Shown here piece by piece: positions 39,420-48,844 of a stretch of DNA of 64,000 nt. Each line of letters starts with the position of its first letter. The stretch's first letter is position 1. The stretch is from an uncultured Clostridia bacterium (lineage in GTDB: Bacteria > Bacillota > Clostridia > Christensenellales > CAG-917). The DNA is taken from the NCBI GenBank assembly GCA_949286725.1, contig CASECZ010000002.1:348635-412634 (forward strand). Direction: 5' to 3'. Made by a program: the position numbers and the translations under genes. The notes under the pieces are model-generated. The model did not search any database, was not told where the DNA came from, and saw only the letters and a program-made list of their open reading frames with translations.

Positions 39420-40424
39420 ATGAAAACTTACTTCAAAAAGGTAGCACTTTTCGCCATTATGGCGATATTGACCGTGGCACTCGTCACGGGGCTTGCGGCG
39501 TGCAACCCCGACGACAAAACCGAAAACAACAACAGCGTTTACGTGACCTATTACGCCGCCGGCGCGGCGGCGCAGGCGGCACTTGCCGCGGGCGTCATAG
39601 ACTATGCCGTGGTGGGCGAACCCGCCGCAACCGCGGGCGCAAGCAAGGGCTTTGCCGTCGTTATGGACATACAGGCGGAGTTCAACGCGGCCACGGGCAG
39701 TACGAGCGGTTTTCCCATGTCGTCCAGTTTCGTGAGGAACGACCTCGCGGCAAACAAGGATTTCGTCGACGCGTATCTTGCCGCGCTCAACGACAACCTC
39801 GCGTATATTCAGGAAAACGCCGCGAACATGACGGCTCTGCTCAAAGCGGCGGGCAGTGCGTCCGCTTTTCCTGCCGCCAGCATTCCCAAGTGCAACGTGG
39901 GCGTGTACACTCCCGACAGCGTCAAGAGCGCGGTTGCGGACATGATGAAGTCGTTGAACGGTATGCAGTCCGTGCCCGACAGCGTGTATTATGACGCTTC
40001 CGCCGCGACTGCACAGGGCGAGGGCAGCGGTACCATCAAGGTGTACGTGCCTGACGGCGCGCCTCTGCTTGCCGTCGCCAACCTCGCAACGCAGGCGGAT
40101 ATGACCGTGAACGGCTATACCGTCGAAGTCGTGGTCGAAACCGCGCAGAACATTTCCGTTGCAATGGCGCAAGGCACTGCGGATATCGCCGTTCTGCCCG
40201 CCAATGCAGGCGTCAACCTCATCGCAAGCAAAAACGTGGGTTATAAGTTCCTGTGCTCCAACACGCAGGGCATACTGTATATGATTGCCAATGCCGACGG
40301 CGCAAACGGCACCGTGAAACCCGCCGACCTTGCGGGCAAGAAGATAGGCTGCATAGGTCAGGGCGCCGTGCCTCAGTACGCGGTGGAAAAGGTGTTGACC
40401 GCGGCAGGGCTCGTCATAGCGTAA
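39420..40424 (+). CDS. NMT1/SsuA-like ABC substrate-binding lipoprotein (apparently circularly permuted)
   Basis: Lipobox VTGLAAC. The C-terminal half IKVYVPDGAPLLAVANL..DLAGKKIGCIGQGAVPQYAVEKVLTAAGL looks like the usual N-terminal two-thirds of this family. The N-terminal half (..ALAAGVIDYAVVGEP..GFPMSSSFVRNDL..FVDAYLAAL) looks like the usual C-terminal third. Confidence 0.8.
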   Translation: MKTYFKKVALFAIMAILTVALVTGLAACNPDDKTENNNSVYVTYYAAGAAAQAALAAGVIDYAVVGEPAATAGASKGFAVVMDIQAEFNAATGSTSGFPMSSSFVRNDLAANKDFVDAYLAALNDNLAYIQENAANMTALLKAAGSASAFPAASIPKCNVGVYTPDSVKSAVADMMKSLNGMQSVPDSVYYDASAATAQGEGSGTIKVYVPDGAPLLAVANLATQADMTVNGYTVEVVVETAQNISVAMAQGTADIAVLPANAGVNLIASKNVGYKFLCSNTQGILYMIANADGANGTVKPADLAGKKIGCIGQGAVPQYAVEKVLTAAGLVIA

Positions 40425-40498
40425 AGGGCGACTGTCGGTCGCATGCACAAAATGCGGATTTTGCCCGCGCGGGCATACCCGAATAACGGAAGGTAACA

Positions 40499-41266
40499 AT
40501 GAAAAACAAAACAACGGTTCTGAGAATGGTGGGGAACGTGGCGTACCCCGTCGCGGCATTCGCCTTCGTGCTTGCCGTGTGGGCAATCGTAGCGGCGGTT
40601 GAGAACATCCCCGTGCTGTTCCCGTCGGTCGGCGAGGTGTTCCGCGGTTTCGGCGGACTGCTTGCCGACGGAGAAAGCTGGCGGGCGGCGGGTATGACGT
40701 TGGGACGCATCACGGCGTGTTTCCTGTTGTCGCTGGCGTTTGCCGCCGTGCTTGCCACCGCGGGCACCTTTTTCAAACCCTTGCACAAGTTTCTGCGCCC
40801 CATAGTGACGGTGTTGCAAGCCGCGCCCACAATGGCGGTCATACTGCTTGCCGTGGTGTGGATGGACAACACCGAAGTGCCGATACTCGTGGGCTTTCTC
40901 ATCTGTTTTCCTCTGCTTTACAACATCTGCCATTCCGCGCTCGACAGCGTGGACGGCGAATTGCTGGAAATGGCTAAGGTCTACCGTATGCGTCCCGTCG
41001 ACAAACTGACGGGGATATACCTTCCCACCGTCTTTCCAGCCGTTACGGAGGGGGCGAGGAGCGCGGTTTCGCTGTGCGTGAAAGTGGTCATCGCCGCCGA
41101 GGTGCTGGCGCAGACGCGCGGCAGCATAGGCATTGCAATGCAACGCGACAGCGTTATGTTCGAAATCGCCGACCTGCTTGCGTGGGTGGTGTTCGCCATA
41201 ATTCTGAGCTTCGTCCTCGAAGGCATAACCGTGGGCGTCAAAAAGCTTTGGGAGGTGACGAAATGA
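40499..41266 (+). CDS. NitT/TauT-family ABC permease
   Basis: 255 aa, 6 TM, EAA-like loop LLEMAKVYRMRPVDKLTGIYLPTVFP. The stop overlaps the next start. Confidence 0.88.
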   Translation: MKNKTTVLRMVGNVAYPVAAFAFVLAVWAIVAAVENIPVLFPSVGEVFRGFGGLLADGESWRAAGMTLGRITACFLLSLAFAAVLATAGTFFKPLHKFLRPIVTVLQAAPTMAVILLAVVWMDNTEVPILVGFLICFPLLYNICHSALDSVDGELLEMAKVYRMRPVDKLTGIYLPTVFPAVTEGARSAVSLCVKVVIAAEVLAQTRGSIGIAMQRDSVMFEIADLLAWVVFAIILSFVLEGITVGVKKLWEVTK

Positions 41267-41976
41267 GCGACGTAACCGTAAAAGGACTCGGCGTGAAGTT
41301 CGGCGAAAGAAAAGTTTTCGAGGGCTTCGACATCACCTTTGACGAGCACCGCATAAACGTCGTGCTGGGCGCGTCCGGCGTCGGCAAAACCACTTTGCTG
41401 AACGCGATTGCGGGGCTTGTTCCATTCGAAGGCACGATAAGCGGAGCGGAGGGCGGAATTTCGTATATTTTCCAAAAAGACAGGTTAATCCCTACAATAA
41501 GCGTCTATAAAAACCTTGATTTGGTGTTACGTTCCGCCGTTGCGGACAAAAACGAGAGGAAGGAACGCATCGATGAAATCCTCGCACGGCTGGAAGTTCT
41601 GTCCGAGCGCGACAAGTATCCGACCGAACTCAGCGGCGGTCAGGCACAGCGGATTTCGATGGCGAGGGCGTTTCTCTATCCCTCCGAAGTCCTGCTCATG
41701 GACGAGCCTTTCCGTGCCCTCGACCTGGGGCTGAAAACCAGGCTCATCGCACAGCTCGACGGGTTGCTCGCTTCCTCGCCGCGTACGGTGATTTTCGTCA
41801 CGCACGACGTTGAGGAGTGCTTGTGGGCGGCGGACGGATACACCGTGTTGGACGGCGCGCCCGCACGCATCGTTTTGTCGCGCGTGTCGGACATACCGCG
41901 TGCCGAGAGAAGGGCGGACGACAGCGCAATCGTTATGGCGAGGACGGAACTCATAGATACTTTGTCGCGCGTGTAG
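41263..41976 (+). CDS. NitT/TauT-family ABC ATP-binding protein
   Basis: Walker A GASGVGKTT, signature LSGGQAQRISMARAF, Walker B VLLMDEPF. GGGAGG RBS. The track's 63-codon extension is rejected. Confidence 0.92.
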   Translation: MSDVTVKGLGVKFGERKVFEGFDITFDEHRINVVLGASGVGKTTLLNAIAGLVPFEGTISGAEGGISYIFQKDRLIPTISVYKNLDLVLRSAVADKNERKERIDEILARLEVLSERDKYPTELSGGQAQRISMARAFLYPSEVLLMDEPFRALDLGLKTRLIAQLDGLLASSPRTVIFVTHDVEECLWAADGYTVLDGAPARIVLSRVSDIPRAERRADDSAIVMARTELIDTLSRV

Positions 41977-42064
41977 CGGCGTATGACCTTTCAGCGGCGC
42001 GGGCGTCAATCGTATTTTCGTTTCCTCGCGGCGAAAAGTGCCGTCGCGAAAGGTTCGAAATCGC

Positions 42065-42093
42065 TTGACACTGCGCGTCCGTGCGGATATAAT
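42065..42093 (+). promoter_or_regulatory. Consensus sigma-70 promoter for rpmE
   Basis: TTGACA-17 nt-TATAAT. Confidence 0.65.
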
Positions 42094-42171
42094 AAAGAAA
42101 CTTTATGTCATATGCGCGTAGCTCCTTTGGCGCGTGTGGGCGTAAAAATCAGCACAAAACAGGAGTAAACT

Positions 42172-42378
42172 ATGAAAGAAGGCATCCATCCGGATTACCA
42201 CACCGTCACGGTGCAATGCGCTTGCGGCAATACGTTCCTGACCGGCACGACCAAGAAAACCGACGTGCTCAAAGTCGAAATCTGCTCCAAGTGTCATCCC
42301 TATTTCACGGGCAAACAGAAACTGGTTGACACCGGCGGCCGCGTGGATAAGTTCAAGAAGAGATACAATCTCGACTGA
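42172..42378 (+). CDS. rpmE: 50S ribosomal protein L31 (Zn-ribbon type)
   Basis: [27 protein letters not shown], 68 aa. Confidence 0.97.
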   Translation: MKEGIHPDYHTVTVQCACGNTFLTGTTKKTDVLKVEICSKCHPYFTGKQKLVDTGGRVDKFKKRYNLD

Positions 42379-42387
42379 CACAGCAAG

Positions 42388-42416
42388 ATGCAGACTGCCT
42401 GCGCGGTCTGCATTTT
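42388..42416 (+). terminator. Intrinsic terminator after rpmE (first of two hairpins)
   Basis: atgcagac/gtctgcat stem followed by tttcg. Confidence 0.55.
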
Positions 42417-42423
42417 CGTATGC

Positions 42424-42447
42424 GCGCGCGTGAGCGCGCTTTCTCTC
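42424..42447 (+). terminator. Second GC hairpin with T-rich tail after rpmE
   Basis: gcgcgc-gtga-gcgcgc followed by tttctctc. Confidence 0.4.
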
Positions 42448-42472
42448 GGTAACAGACACACTCAAAGATTTT

Positions 42473-44332
42473 ATGACGGCACATAAAGATGACGCTTCCG
42501 GTTCAGCGTGCGGCAAACGCGCGTCGGGCAAAATCGTAAGACGCACTTCCATCGGCGGGCAAGCCGTGCTGGAAGGCGTTATGATGAAGAGCGCGACTTC
42601 CGTTGCAACCGCCGTACGTGCGGAAACGGGAGATATTACCGTTGAGTCCAAACGCCTGAAAGACCCCAAAAAGAAGTGCGCAGTTTTGCGTTTCCCGTTC
42701 GTCAGGGGAGTGGTAAACCTTTGCTCGCAACTTTATATGGGCATCGGCATACTGATGCGTTCGGCGGAGGTTTACGGCGATTTTGCCGAACCTACCAAGT
42801 TCGATAAATGGGTCGCCGCGAAATTCAAGGTCAATCCGATGCACATACTCACGGTATTTTCGCTGATACTGGGTCTTGCGCTCGCAATCGGATTGTTCGT
42901 GTTTTTGCCCAACTTCCTCACGGGGCTCATTTTCGAGATACCCGGTACGGTCAGCCATCCCGCCTTTTACAGCCTGTGCGAAGCCGCGATTATGCTTGTA
43001 ATATTCACGGGTTATCTGCTCTCCATTTCGCTGATGAAGGATATTCGCCGCGTGTTTATGTATCACGGTGCGGAGCACAAAGTCATCAGCTGTTACGAGC
43101 ACGGGCTGGATCTCACCGTCGACAACGCGCGCAAAATGCCCACGGCGCACAGCCGTTGCGGAACGACGTTCATTTTCTTCGTCGTCGTGGTCAGCATAAT
43201 CGTTTTCGCGCTAGTCAACTGGATGTTGGACGCGATAGGCTGGACGACGGACAGCAGCGTGCTGAACGCGCTCATCAAACTGGGCGTCAAACTGTTGTTC
43301 CTGCCCGTTGTCGCGGGTATATCGTACGAAATTCTGAAACTGCTTGCGAAGTCAGACAACATCGTGTTCAGAATTCTGCGCGCGCCGGGCATGGCGTTGC
43401 AGAAGCTCACGACGCGTCAGCCCACCGACGATATGCTGGAAGTCAGCATAAAAGCGTTCACCACCGTTATGGAGATGGACGCCGATCCCGATATGCCCGA
43501 GAGCAGGTTCGAGGTCAAAGTGGGCGTGGCGTTTGCGCGGAAACAACTTGCCGCCGTCGCTCCTTACGCGGACGAGAGCGACATCGACTGGATACTGGTG
43601 GAAGCCACGGGCAAAAGACGCAGCGAACTTTCATCGTTGCCACATCTTACGAAAGAGCAGTTTTTCGCCGCAAAGAAAATCGCCGGAAAGATGGCGGACG
43701 GCACGCCGTTGCAATACGCGCTCGGGAACACGGATTTCTACGGACTGCGCATAGCGGTCAATCCGTCCGTACTCATTCCCAGACCCGAAACGGAGGAGCT
43801 GGCGCAGAAAGTAATCGAGTACGCAAAAGACAAGGGCGAAATCGAAGTACTCGACCTTTGCACCGGCAGCGGAGCAATCGCCGTTGCAGTTGCCGCGAAT
43901 ACGGAAGCGAAAGTCACCGCCACGGACATATCGCAGGCGGCGGCGGAAGTGGCGAAAGCAAACGCGCTCACCGCAGGCGTGAAAGTGCGCGTGCTTACGG
44001 GTGATTTGTTCGCACCCGTCGCGGGCGAGAAGTTCGGCGTCGTGGTGTCCAATCCGCCTTATATCCCGACGGGCGACATAGCGTCGCTGGACGAAAGGGT
44101 GCGTAAGTTCGAGCCCGTGTCCGCGCTGGACGGCGGAGCCGACGGGCTGGATTTCTACCGTCGCATCGCAGCCGACCTTCCCGAGGTGCTGGCGGACGGC
44201 GGCGTGTTCTTCTGCGAGTTCGGCATAGGACAAGCCGACGCGCTGAAAGAGATTTTCTCGGGTTTCGACACCGAGGTTTACAAAGACATGCAAGGAACGG
44301 AGAGAATTCTCCGTGCGGTTAAGAGAATATGA
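42473..44332 (+). CDS. prmC: Fusion protein: DUF1385 (YqhQ-like membrane domain) + release-factor glutamine N5-methyltransferase PrmC
   Basis: The N-terminal ~330 aa start [15 protein letters not shown].., include YHGAEHK and are polytopic (DUF1385). The C-terminal ~280 aa carry the SAM motif [13 protein letters not shown] and the catalytic NPPY (44051-44062). Single uninterrupted frame. Confidence 0.85.
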   Translation: MTAHKDDASGSACGKRASGKIVRRTSIGGQAVLEGVMMKSATSVATAVRAETGDITVESKRLKDPKKKCAVLRFPFVRGVVNLCSQLYMGIGILMRSAEVYGDFAEPTKFDKWVAAKFKVNPMHILTVFSLILGLALAIGLFVFLPNFLTGLIFEIPGTVSHPAFYSLCEAAIMLVIFTGYLLSISLMKDIRRVFMYHGAEHKVISCYEHGLDLTVDNARKMPTAHSRCGTTFIFFVVVVSIIVFALVNWMLDAIGWTTDSSVLNALIKLGVKLLFLPVVAGISYEILKLLAKSDNIVFRILRAPGMALQKLTTRQPTDDMLEVSIKAFTTVMEMDADPDMPESRFEVKVGVAFARKQLAAVAPYADESDIDWILVEATGKRRSELSSLPHLTKEQFFAAKKIAGKMADGTPLQYALGNTDFYGLRIAVNPSVLIPRPETEELAQKVIEYAKDKGEIEVLDLCTGSGAIAVAVAANTEAKVTATDISQAAAEVAKANALTAGVKVRVLTGDLFAPVAGEKFGVVVSNPPYIPTGDIASLDERVRKFEPVSALDGGADGLDFYRRIAADLPEVLADGGVFFCEFGIGQADALKEIFSGFDTEVYKDMQGTERILRAVKRI

Positions 44333-45414
44333 AACTGAGCGACGCACTTATTGTCAGACTGGATAAAATCGTCGCCCGACAGAACGAGTTGGGCGATATG
44401 CTCGCGCGTCCCGAAATCATATCCGACCAGAACGCGTTCAAGGCGCTTTCCAAAGAGCATTCCGACCTGCAACCCATAGTGGATTGCTACGAGGTGTACC
44501 GCGAACACAAAAACCAGTTCGACGCATGCACGGAAATGCTCGCCGTCGAGCAGGACGCCGACATGCGCGAAATGCTGAAAGAGGAACTGGACGGGTTGCG
44601 CGAAGCTCTCGACAAGGACGCTTCCGACGTCAAGATTTCGCTTTTGCCCAAGGACCCCGACGAGGACAACAACGTCATTATGGAAATCCGCGCGGGCGCG
44701 GGCGGCGACGAAGCCGCGCTGTTCGGCACGGAACTGATGAAAATGTACCGTCACTATGCCGACCGCAACCGTTGGAAGGTGGAAGAAATCAATATGAATT
44801 ACACCGAACTCGGCGGCGCGAAGGAACTGGTGTTTATGATTGCGGGCAAGGGCGCGTACGGCAAATTGAAATTCGAAAGCGGCGTTCACCGCGTGCAGCG
44901 CGTGCCCGAAACGGAGTCGCAGGGCAGAATTCACACTTCCACCGTCACGGTGGCGGTGTTGCCCGAAGCCGAGGACGTCGAGGTCAACATCAACGAAAAC
45001 GACCTCAAAATCGACACCTACCGCAGTGGCGGCGCGGGCGGACAGCACGTCAACAAGACGGAGTCGGCAATCCGCATAACGCACCTGCCCACGGGTATAG
45101 TCGTCGAATGTCAGGACGAGCGCAGTCAGATAAAAAACCGCGAAAAGGCGATGAAAGTATTGAAGTCGCGCCTTTACGATTTTTACCGCACGCAGGCGGA
45201 CAAGGAGTACAGCGAAGCGCGTCGCGCGCAGGTCGGCACGGGCGACCGCAGCGAGAGAATACGCACTTACAACTTCCCGCAGGGACGCGTTACCGACCAC
45301 CGTATCGGGCTGACGCTTTACACGCTGGACAGATTTATGCTGGGCGAAATGGACGAGATGATTTCCGCCCTTGCAATAGCACTGCAAAACAAAATGTTGG
45401 AGAACATCGAATAA
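44329..45414 (+). CDS. prfA: Peptide chain release factor 1
   Basis: GGQ loop [22 protein letters not shown] and RF1-type [21 protein letters not shown] coupling to prmC. Confidence 0.97.
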   Translation: MKLSDALIVRLDKIVARQNELGDMLARPEIISDQNAFKALSKEHSDLQPIVDCYEVYREHKNQFDACTEMLAVEQDADMREMLKEELDGLREALDKDASDVKISLLPKDPDEDNNVIMEIRAGAGGDEAALFGTELMKMYRHYADRNRWKVEEINMNYTELGGAKELVFMIAGKGAYGKLKFESGVHRVQRVPETESQGRIHTSTVTVAVLPEAEDVEVNINENDLKIDTYRSGGAGGQHVNKTESAIRITHLPTGIVVECQDERSQIKNREKAMKVLKSRLYDFYRTQADKEYSEARRAQVGTGDRSERIRTYNFPQGRVTDHRIGLTLYTLDRFMLGEMDEMISALAIALQNKMLENIE

Positions 45415-45424
45415 GGGGGCAATT

Positions 45425-46816
45425 ATGATTGTCAAGTACAACAAAAACCATCACGTTATCGAGGAGCACGCTTACAAACCCAATTTGCAGGACGTGGCGC
45501 ACCCCAACCTTCACCGCAAGATATTCACTTACGGCGAAATCCCCAAGACGACTTTCAATATGCGGCACGTTCCCATGGAATGTCCGCGCGACATATTCAT
45601 CACTGACACCACTTTCCGCGACGGACAGCAGGCGTGCAAACCCTTCGCAGTCAAGGATATCGTCGAACTGTACAAAATGCTGCACCGTCTGGGCGGTCCC
45701 AACGGTTTGATAAGGCAGAGCGAATTTTTCCTGTACAGCGACAAGGACAAAGAGGCGATAACCAAGTGTCTGGAACTCGGCTACGAGTTTCCGCAGATAA
45801 CCTCATGGATACGCGCCAACGAAAAGGACTTCGAACTGGTCAAGCAGTTCGGCCTCAAAGAAACGGGCATACTGGTAAGCTGTTCGGACTACCACATTTT
45901 CAAGAAGATGAACCTTACCCGTGCGCAGGCGCTCGATAAGTATCTTTCCATAGTCAAGAAGGCCTTGGAACGCGGTATCGTGCCGAGGTGCCATTTCGAA
46001 GACATCACGCGCGCGGACTATTTCGGATTTGTAGTGCCGTTTGCAATCGAACTGATGAAACTGTCGCAAGAGAGCGGCATACCAATCAAAATCCGTGCCT
46101 GCGACACTATGGGCTACGGCGTCACGTATCCCGGCACGGCGTTGCCCCGAAGCGTACAGGGCATAATCTACGGTTTCCGTTACTATGCCGAAATCCCGTC
46201 CGAGCAACTGGAATGGCACGGGCACAACGATTTTTACAAGGCGGTCACCAATTCGGCGACGGCGTGGCTGTACGGTTGTTCCGCAGTCAACGCAACTTTG
46301 CTCGGCATAGGTGAGAGAACGGGCAACACGCCTCTCGAAGCGATGGCAATCGAATACGCCTCTTTGCGCGGCACCACCAACGGTATGGATCTTTCCGTCA
46401 TAACGGAAATCGCGGAATATTTCGAAAAGGAAATGGGGTTTGAAATTCCCGAGCGCACTCCGTTCGTCGGCAAGAATTTCAACGTGACCAAAGCGGGTAT
46501 TCACGCGGACGGTATGCTCAAAGACCAGGAGATATACAATATTTTCGACACGGAAAAGATTTTGGGCAGACCCGCGCGAGTGGTCGTCGACATTTTCAGC
46601 GGCATTGCGGGGATTGCGTTCTGGATAAACTCCTATTTCGCGGTGCCCGAAGAGATGAAAATCGACAAGCGCGACGCGCTCATCGCCGCGATTAAGGAGA
46701 GAGTGGACGCCCAGTACGCGGCGGGCAGAACCACGGTCATCAGCGACGGCGAACTGGAAACGATGTTCAAGGAACTCGACCCCGTCCGTTACGCGGAATT
46801 CGTCAAATACGCCTAA
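45425..46816 (+). CDS. HMGL-family synthase (Re-citrate synthase / homocitrate synthase-like)
   Basis: ITDTTFRDGQQA and HGHNDFY..AVNATLLGIGERTGNTPLE, 463 aa. Length and N-terminal extension resemble clostridial Re-citrate synthases. Confidence 0.7.
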   Translation: MIVKYNKNHHVIEEHAYKPNLQDVAHPNLHRKIFTYGEIPKTTFNMRHVPMECPRDIFITDTTFRDGQQACKPFAVKDIVELYKMLHRLGGPNGLIRQSEFFLYSDKDKEAITKCLELGYEFPQITSWIRANEKDFELVKQFGLKETGILVSCSDYHIFKKMNLTRAQALDKYLSIVKKALERGIVPRCHFEDITRADYFGFVVPFAIELMKLSQESGIPIKIRACDTMGYGVTYPGTALPRSVQGIIYGFRYYAEIPSEQLEWHGHNDFYKAVTNSATAWLYGCSAVNATLLGIGERTGNTPLEAMAIEYASLRGTTNGMDLSVITEIAEYFEKEMGFEIPERTPFVGKNFNVTKAGIHADGMLKDQEIYNIFDTEKILGRPARVVVDIFSGIAGIAFWINSYFAVPEEMKIDKRDALIAAIKERVDAQYAAGRTTVISDGELETMFKELDPVRYAEFVKYA

Positions 46817-46867
46817 ACGATACGGTGTGCGGGGCGCGCGTGTGCGCGTACGAGCGCAAATTGGGGC

Positions 46868-46896
46868 TTGTATTTCTATGATATTTTTTATAGAAT
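46868..46896 (+). promoter_or_regulatory. Sigma-70-like promoter for the P-loop/thrC/trpS operon
   Basis: TTGTAT-17 nt-TAGAAT. Confidence 0.5.
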
Positions 46897-46912
46897 ATAA
46901 GCGGAGGTGACT

Positions 46913-47344
46913 ATGATAAAACTCATCACCGGAGCCAAGGGTACCGGCAAAACCAAAATCATTATAGATATGGCCAACGACAACGTCGAGACCGCCAAAG
47001 GAGACATTGTTTTCCTTACCGATACGGACAGATATATGTATTCCCTGCGTTATCAGATACGCGTCATCAACACGGACATACTGAAACGCGCGGGGCAGAG
47101 CAACCTCGACGAGCGCGAACTCATCGGCTTCATCAAAGGAGTGCTTGCGGGCAATCACGACATCGAGAGTTTCTACATCGACGGCGCGCACCGTATGCTC
47201 GGGAGAAAAGTCGCCGATATGGAGGACTTCTTCACCGACATCTATGCCGTGGCGAAGACCACGGAAACACGGTTTATCCTGACCGTAAGCGAAAACGAGG
47301 AGAACTTTCCCGAATTCCTTAAAAAGTATCAAGGAGAAGTATGA
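46913..47344 (+). CDS. Small (143-aa) P-loop NTPase of unknown function
   Basis: Walker A GAKGTGKT at residues 8-15. A possible Walker B is IESFYIDGA. GGAGGTG RBS. The stop overlaps the thrC start (ATGA). Confidence 0.75.
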   Translation: MIKLITGAKGTGKTKIIIDMANDNVETAKGDIVFLTDTDRYMYSLRYQIRVINTDILKRAGQSNLDERELIGFIKGVLAGNHDIESFYIDGAHRMLGRKVADMEDFFTDIYAVAKTTETRFILTVSENEENFPEFLKKYQGEV

Positions 47345-48831
47345 AATATATCAGCACGCGCAACCGCAACCGCGTTTACACGGGAGCGGAGGCGATAGTA
47401 AAAGGCATATCCGATGACGGCGGACTTATTGTTCCGTCGTCTTTCCCGATTATAGACGGGGCAAAACTCGACGAACTGTGCGAGATGGACTATCCCGAAA
47501 GGGCGGCGGAAGTACTTTCCATGTACCTCGACGAGTTCACGCGCGACGAGCTGCTCGACTACGCCCGCAAGGCCTATTCCCGTTTCGACGGCGACGATCC
47601 CTGTCCTCTCGTGAAAGTCGAGGACGGGCTGTTCATGCTCGAACTGTGGCACGGTCCCACGTACGCCTTCAAGGATATGGCGCTCACGCTGTTGCCCTAT
47701 CTCATGGTGGCGTCCAAACGCAAACTCGGCGACACGAGCAAAACGCTCATTCTCGTCGCGACCAGCGGCGACACGGGCAAAGCGGCTCTGGAAGGCTTCA
47801 AGGACGTCGAAGGTACGGAAATCATCGTGTTCTATCCCGTCAAGGGCGTCAGCGCAATGCAGAAGTTGCAGATGACCACGCAGGAGGGCGGCAACGTCCA
47901 CGTCGCGGGCATAAAGGGCAATTTCGACGACGCACAGACGGCGGTCAAAGCCATATTCACCGACCCCGATGCCATTGCCGAACTCAAAAAGAAGGGTATC
48001 GAAATGTCGTCGGCGAACTCCATCAACTGGGGCAGGCTCGCACCGCAGATTGCCTACTACGTTTCCGCCTATTGCGACCTCGTGACCAGCGGCGAAATCG
48101 AGTGCGGCGACAAAATAAATTTCGTGGTGCCGACGGGCAATTTCGGCAACATACTGGCGGGCTACTACGCCTACCGTATGGGCATACCCGTGGGCAAACT
48201 GATAATCGCGTCCAACGCCAACAACATTCTCACCGACTTCTTCAACACGGGCAAATACGACACCAACCGCAACTTCTTCAAGACGATGTCGCCTTCGATG
48301 GACATACTCGTTTCCAGCAACCTCGAAAGACTGCTCTTCGAGGTGACGGGCAGGGACGACGCCAAAATCAGAGGGCTGTACGACTCTCTCAAAAAATACG
48401 GGAAGTTCGAACTCGACCTCGAAGACGCCGACCTCGGCATATTCGAGGCGGGCTGGGCGGACGAAGAGGACACCCGTGAGGCAATGGCGAACTTCTTCGA
48501 CCTTGACGACTACGTGCTTGACCCGCACACCGCGGTGGCGGCGAGCGTGTACAGCGAGTACGCCGACGAAACTCAGGACGAAACGACGACCGTAATCGTT
48601 TCGACGGCGAGCCCCTACAAGTTCGCCTGCGACGTCTACAACGCCGTCGCCGACGCGCACGAGGACGACGTCGAAAAAGCCGTCAACAAACTGATGCTGT
48701 TCACGGGGGCGGAGTGTCCCGAAGGCATACTGAGGCTGAAACATCTGCCCGTGCGCCACAACAACGTCATCGCCAAAGAGGACGCGAAACGCGCCGTGTT
48801 TGCGTTTGTTGATGAGGAAAAGAAAGACTGA
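47341..48831 (+). CDS. thrC: Threonine synthase (long form)
   Basis: MKYISTRN.. start, PLP-lysine motif PTYAFKDMAL, 496 aa. Confidence 0.95.
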   Translation: MKYISTRNRNRVYTGAEAIVKGISDDGGLIVPSSFPIIDGAKLDELCEMDYPERAAEVLSMYLDEFTRDELLDYARKAYSRFDGDDPCPLVKVEDGLFMLELWHGPTYAFKDMALTLLPYLMVASKRKLGDTSKTLILVATSGDTGKAALEGFKDVEGTEIIVFYPVKGVSAMQKLQMTTQEGGNVHVAGIKGNFDDAQTAVKAIFTDPDAIAELKKKGIEMSSANSINWGRLAPQIAYYVSAYCDLVTSGEIECGDKINFVVPTGNFGNILAGYYAYRMGIPVGKLIIASNANNILTDFFNTGKYDTNRNFFKTMSPSMDILVSSNLERLLFEVTGRDDAKIRGLYDSLKKYGKFELDLEDADLGIFEAGWADEEDTREAMANFFDLDDYVLDPHTAVAASVYSEYADETQDETTTVIVSTASPYKFACDVYNAVADAHEDDVEKAVNKLMLFTGAECPEGILRLKHLPVRHNNVIAKEDAKRAVFAFVDEEKKD

Positions 48832-48844
48832 AACAGGAGTTTAT

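Noticed and set aside
48832-48844. Looked for a T-box leader upstream of trpS, and upstream of thrC
   Set aside because: Only 13 nt separate thrC and trpS. The 96-nt region upstream of the operon holds a promoter and RBS, with no room for a specifier/antiterminator structure.
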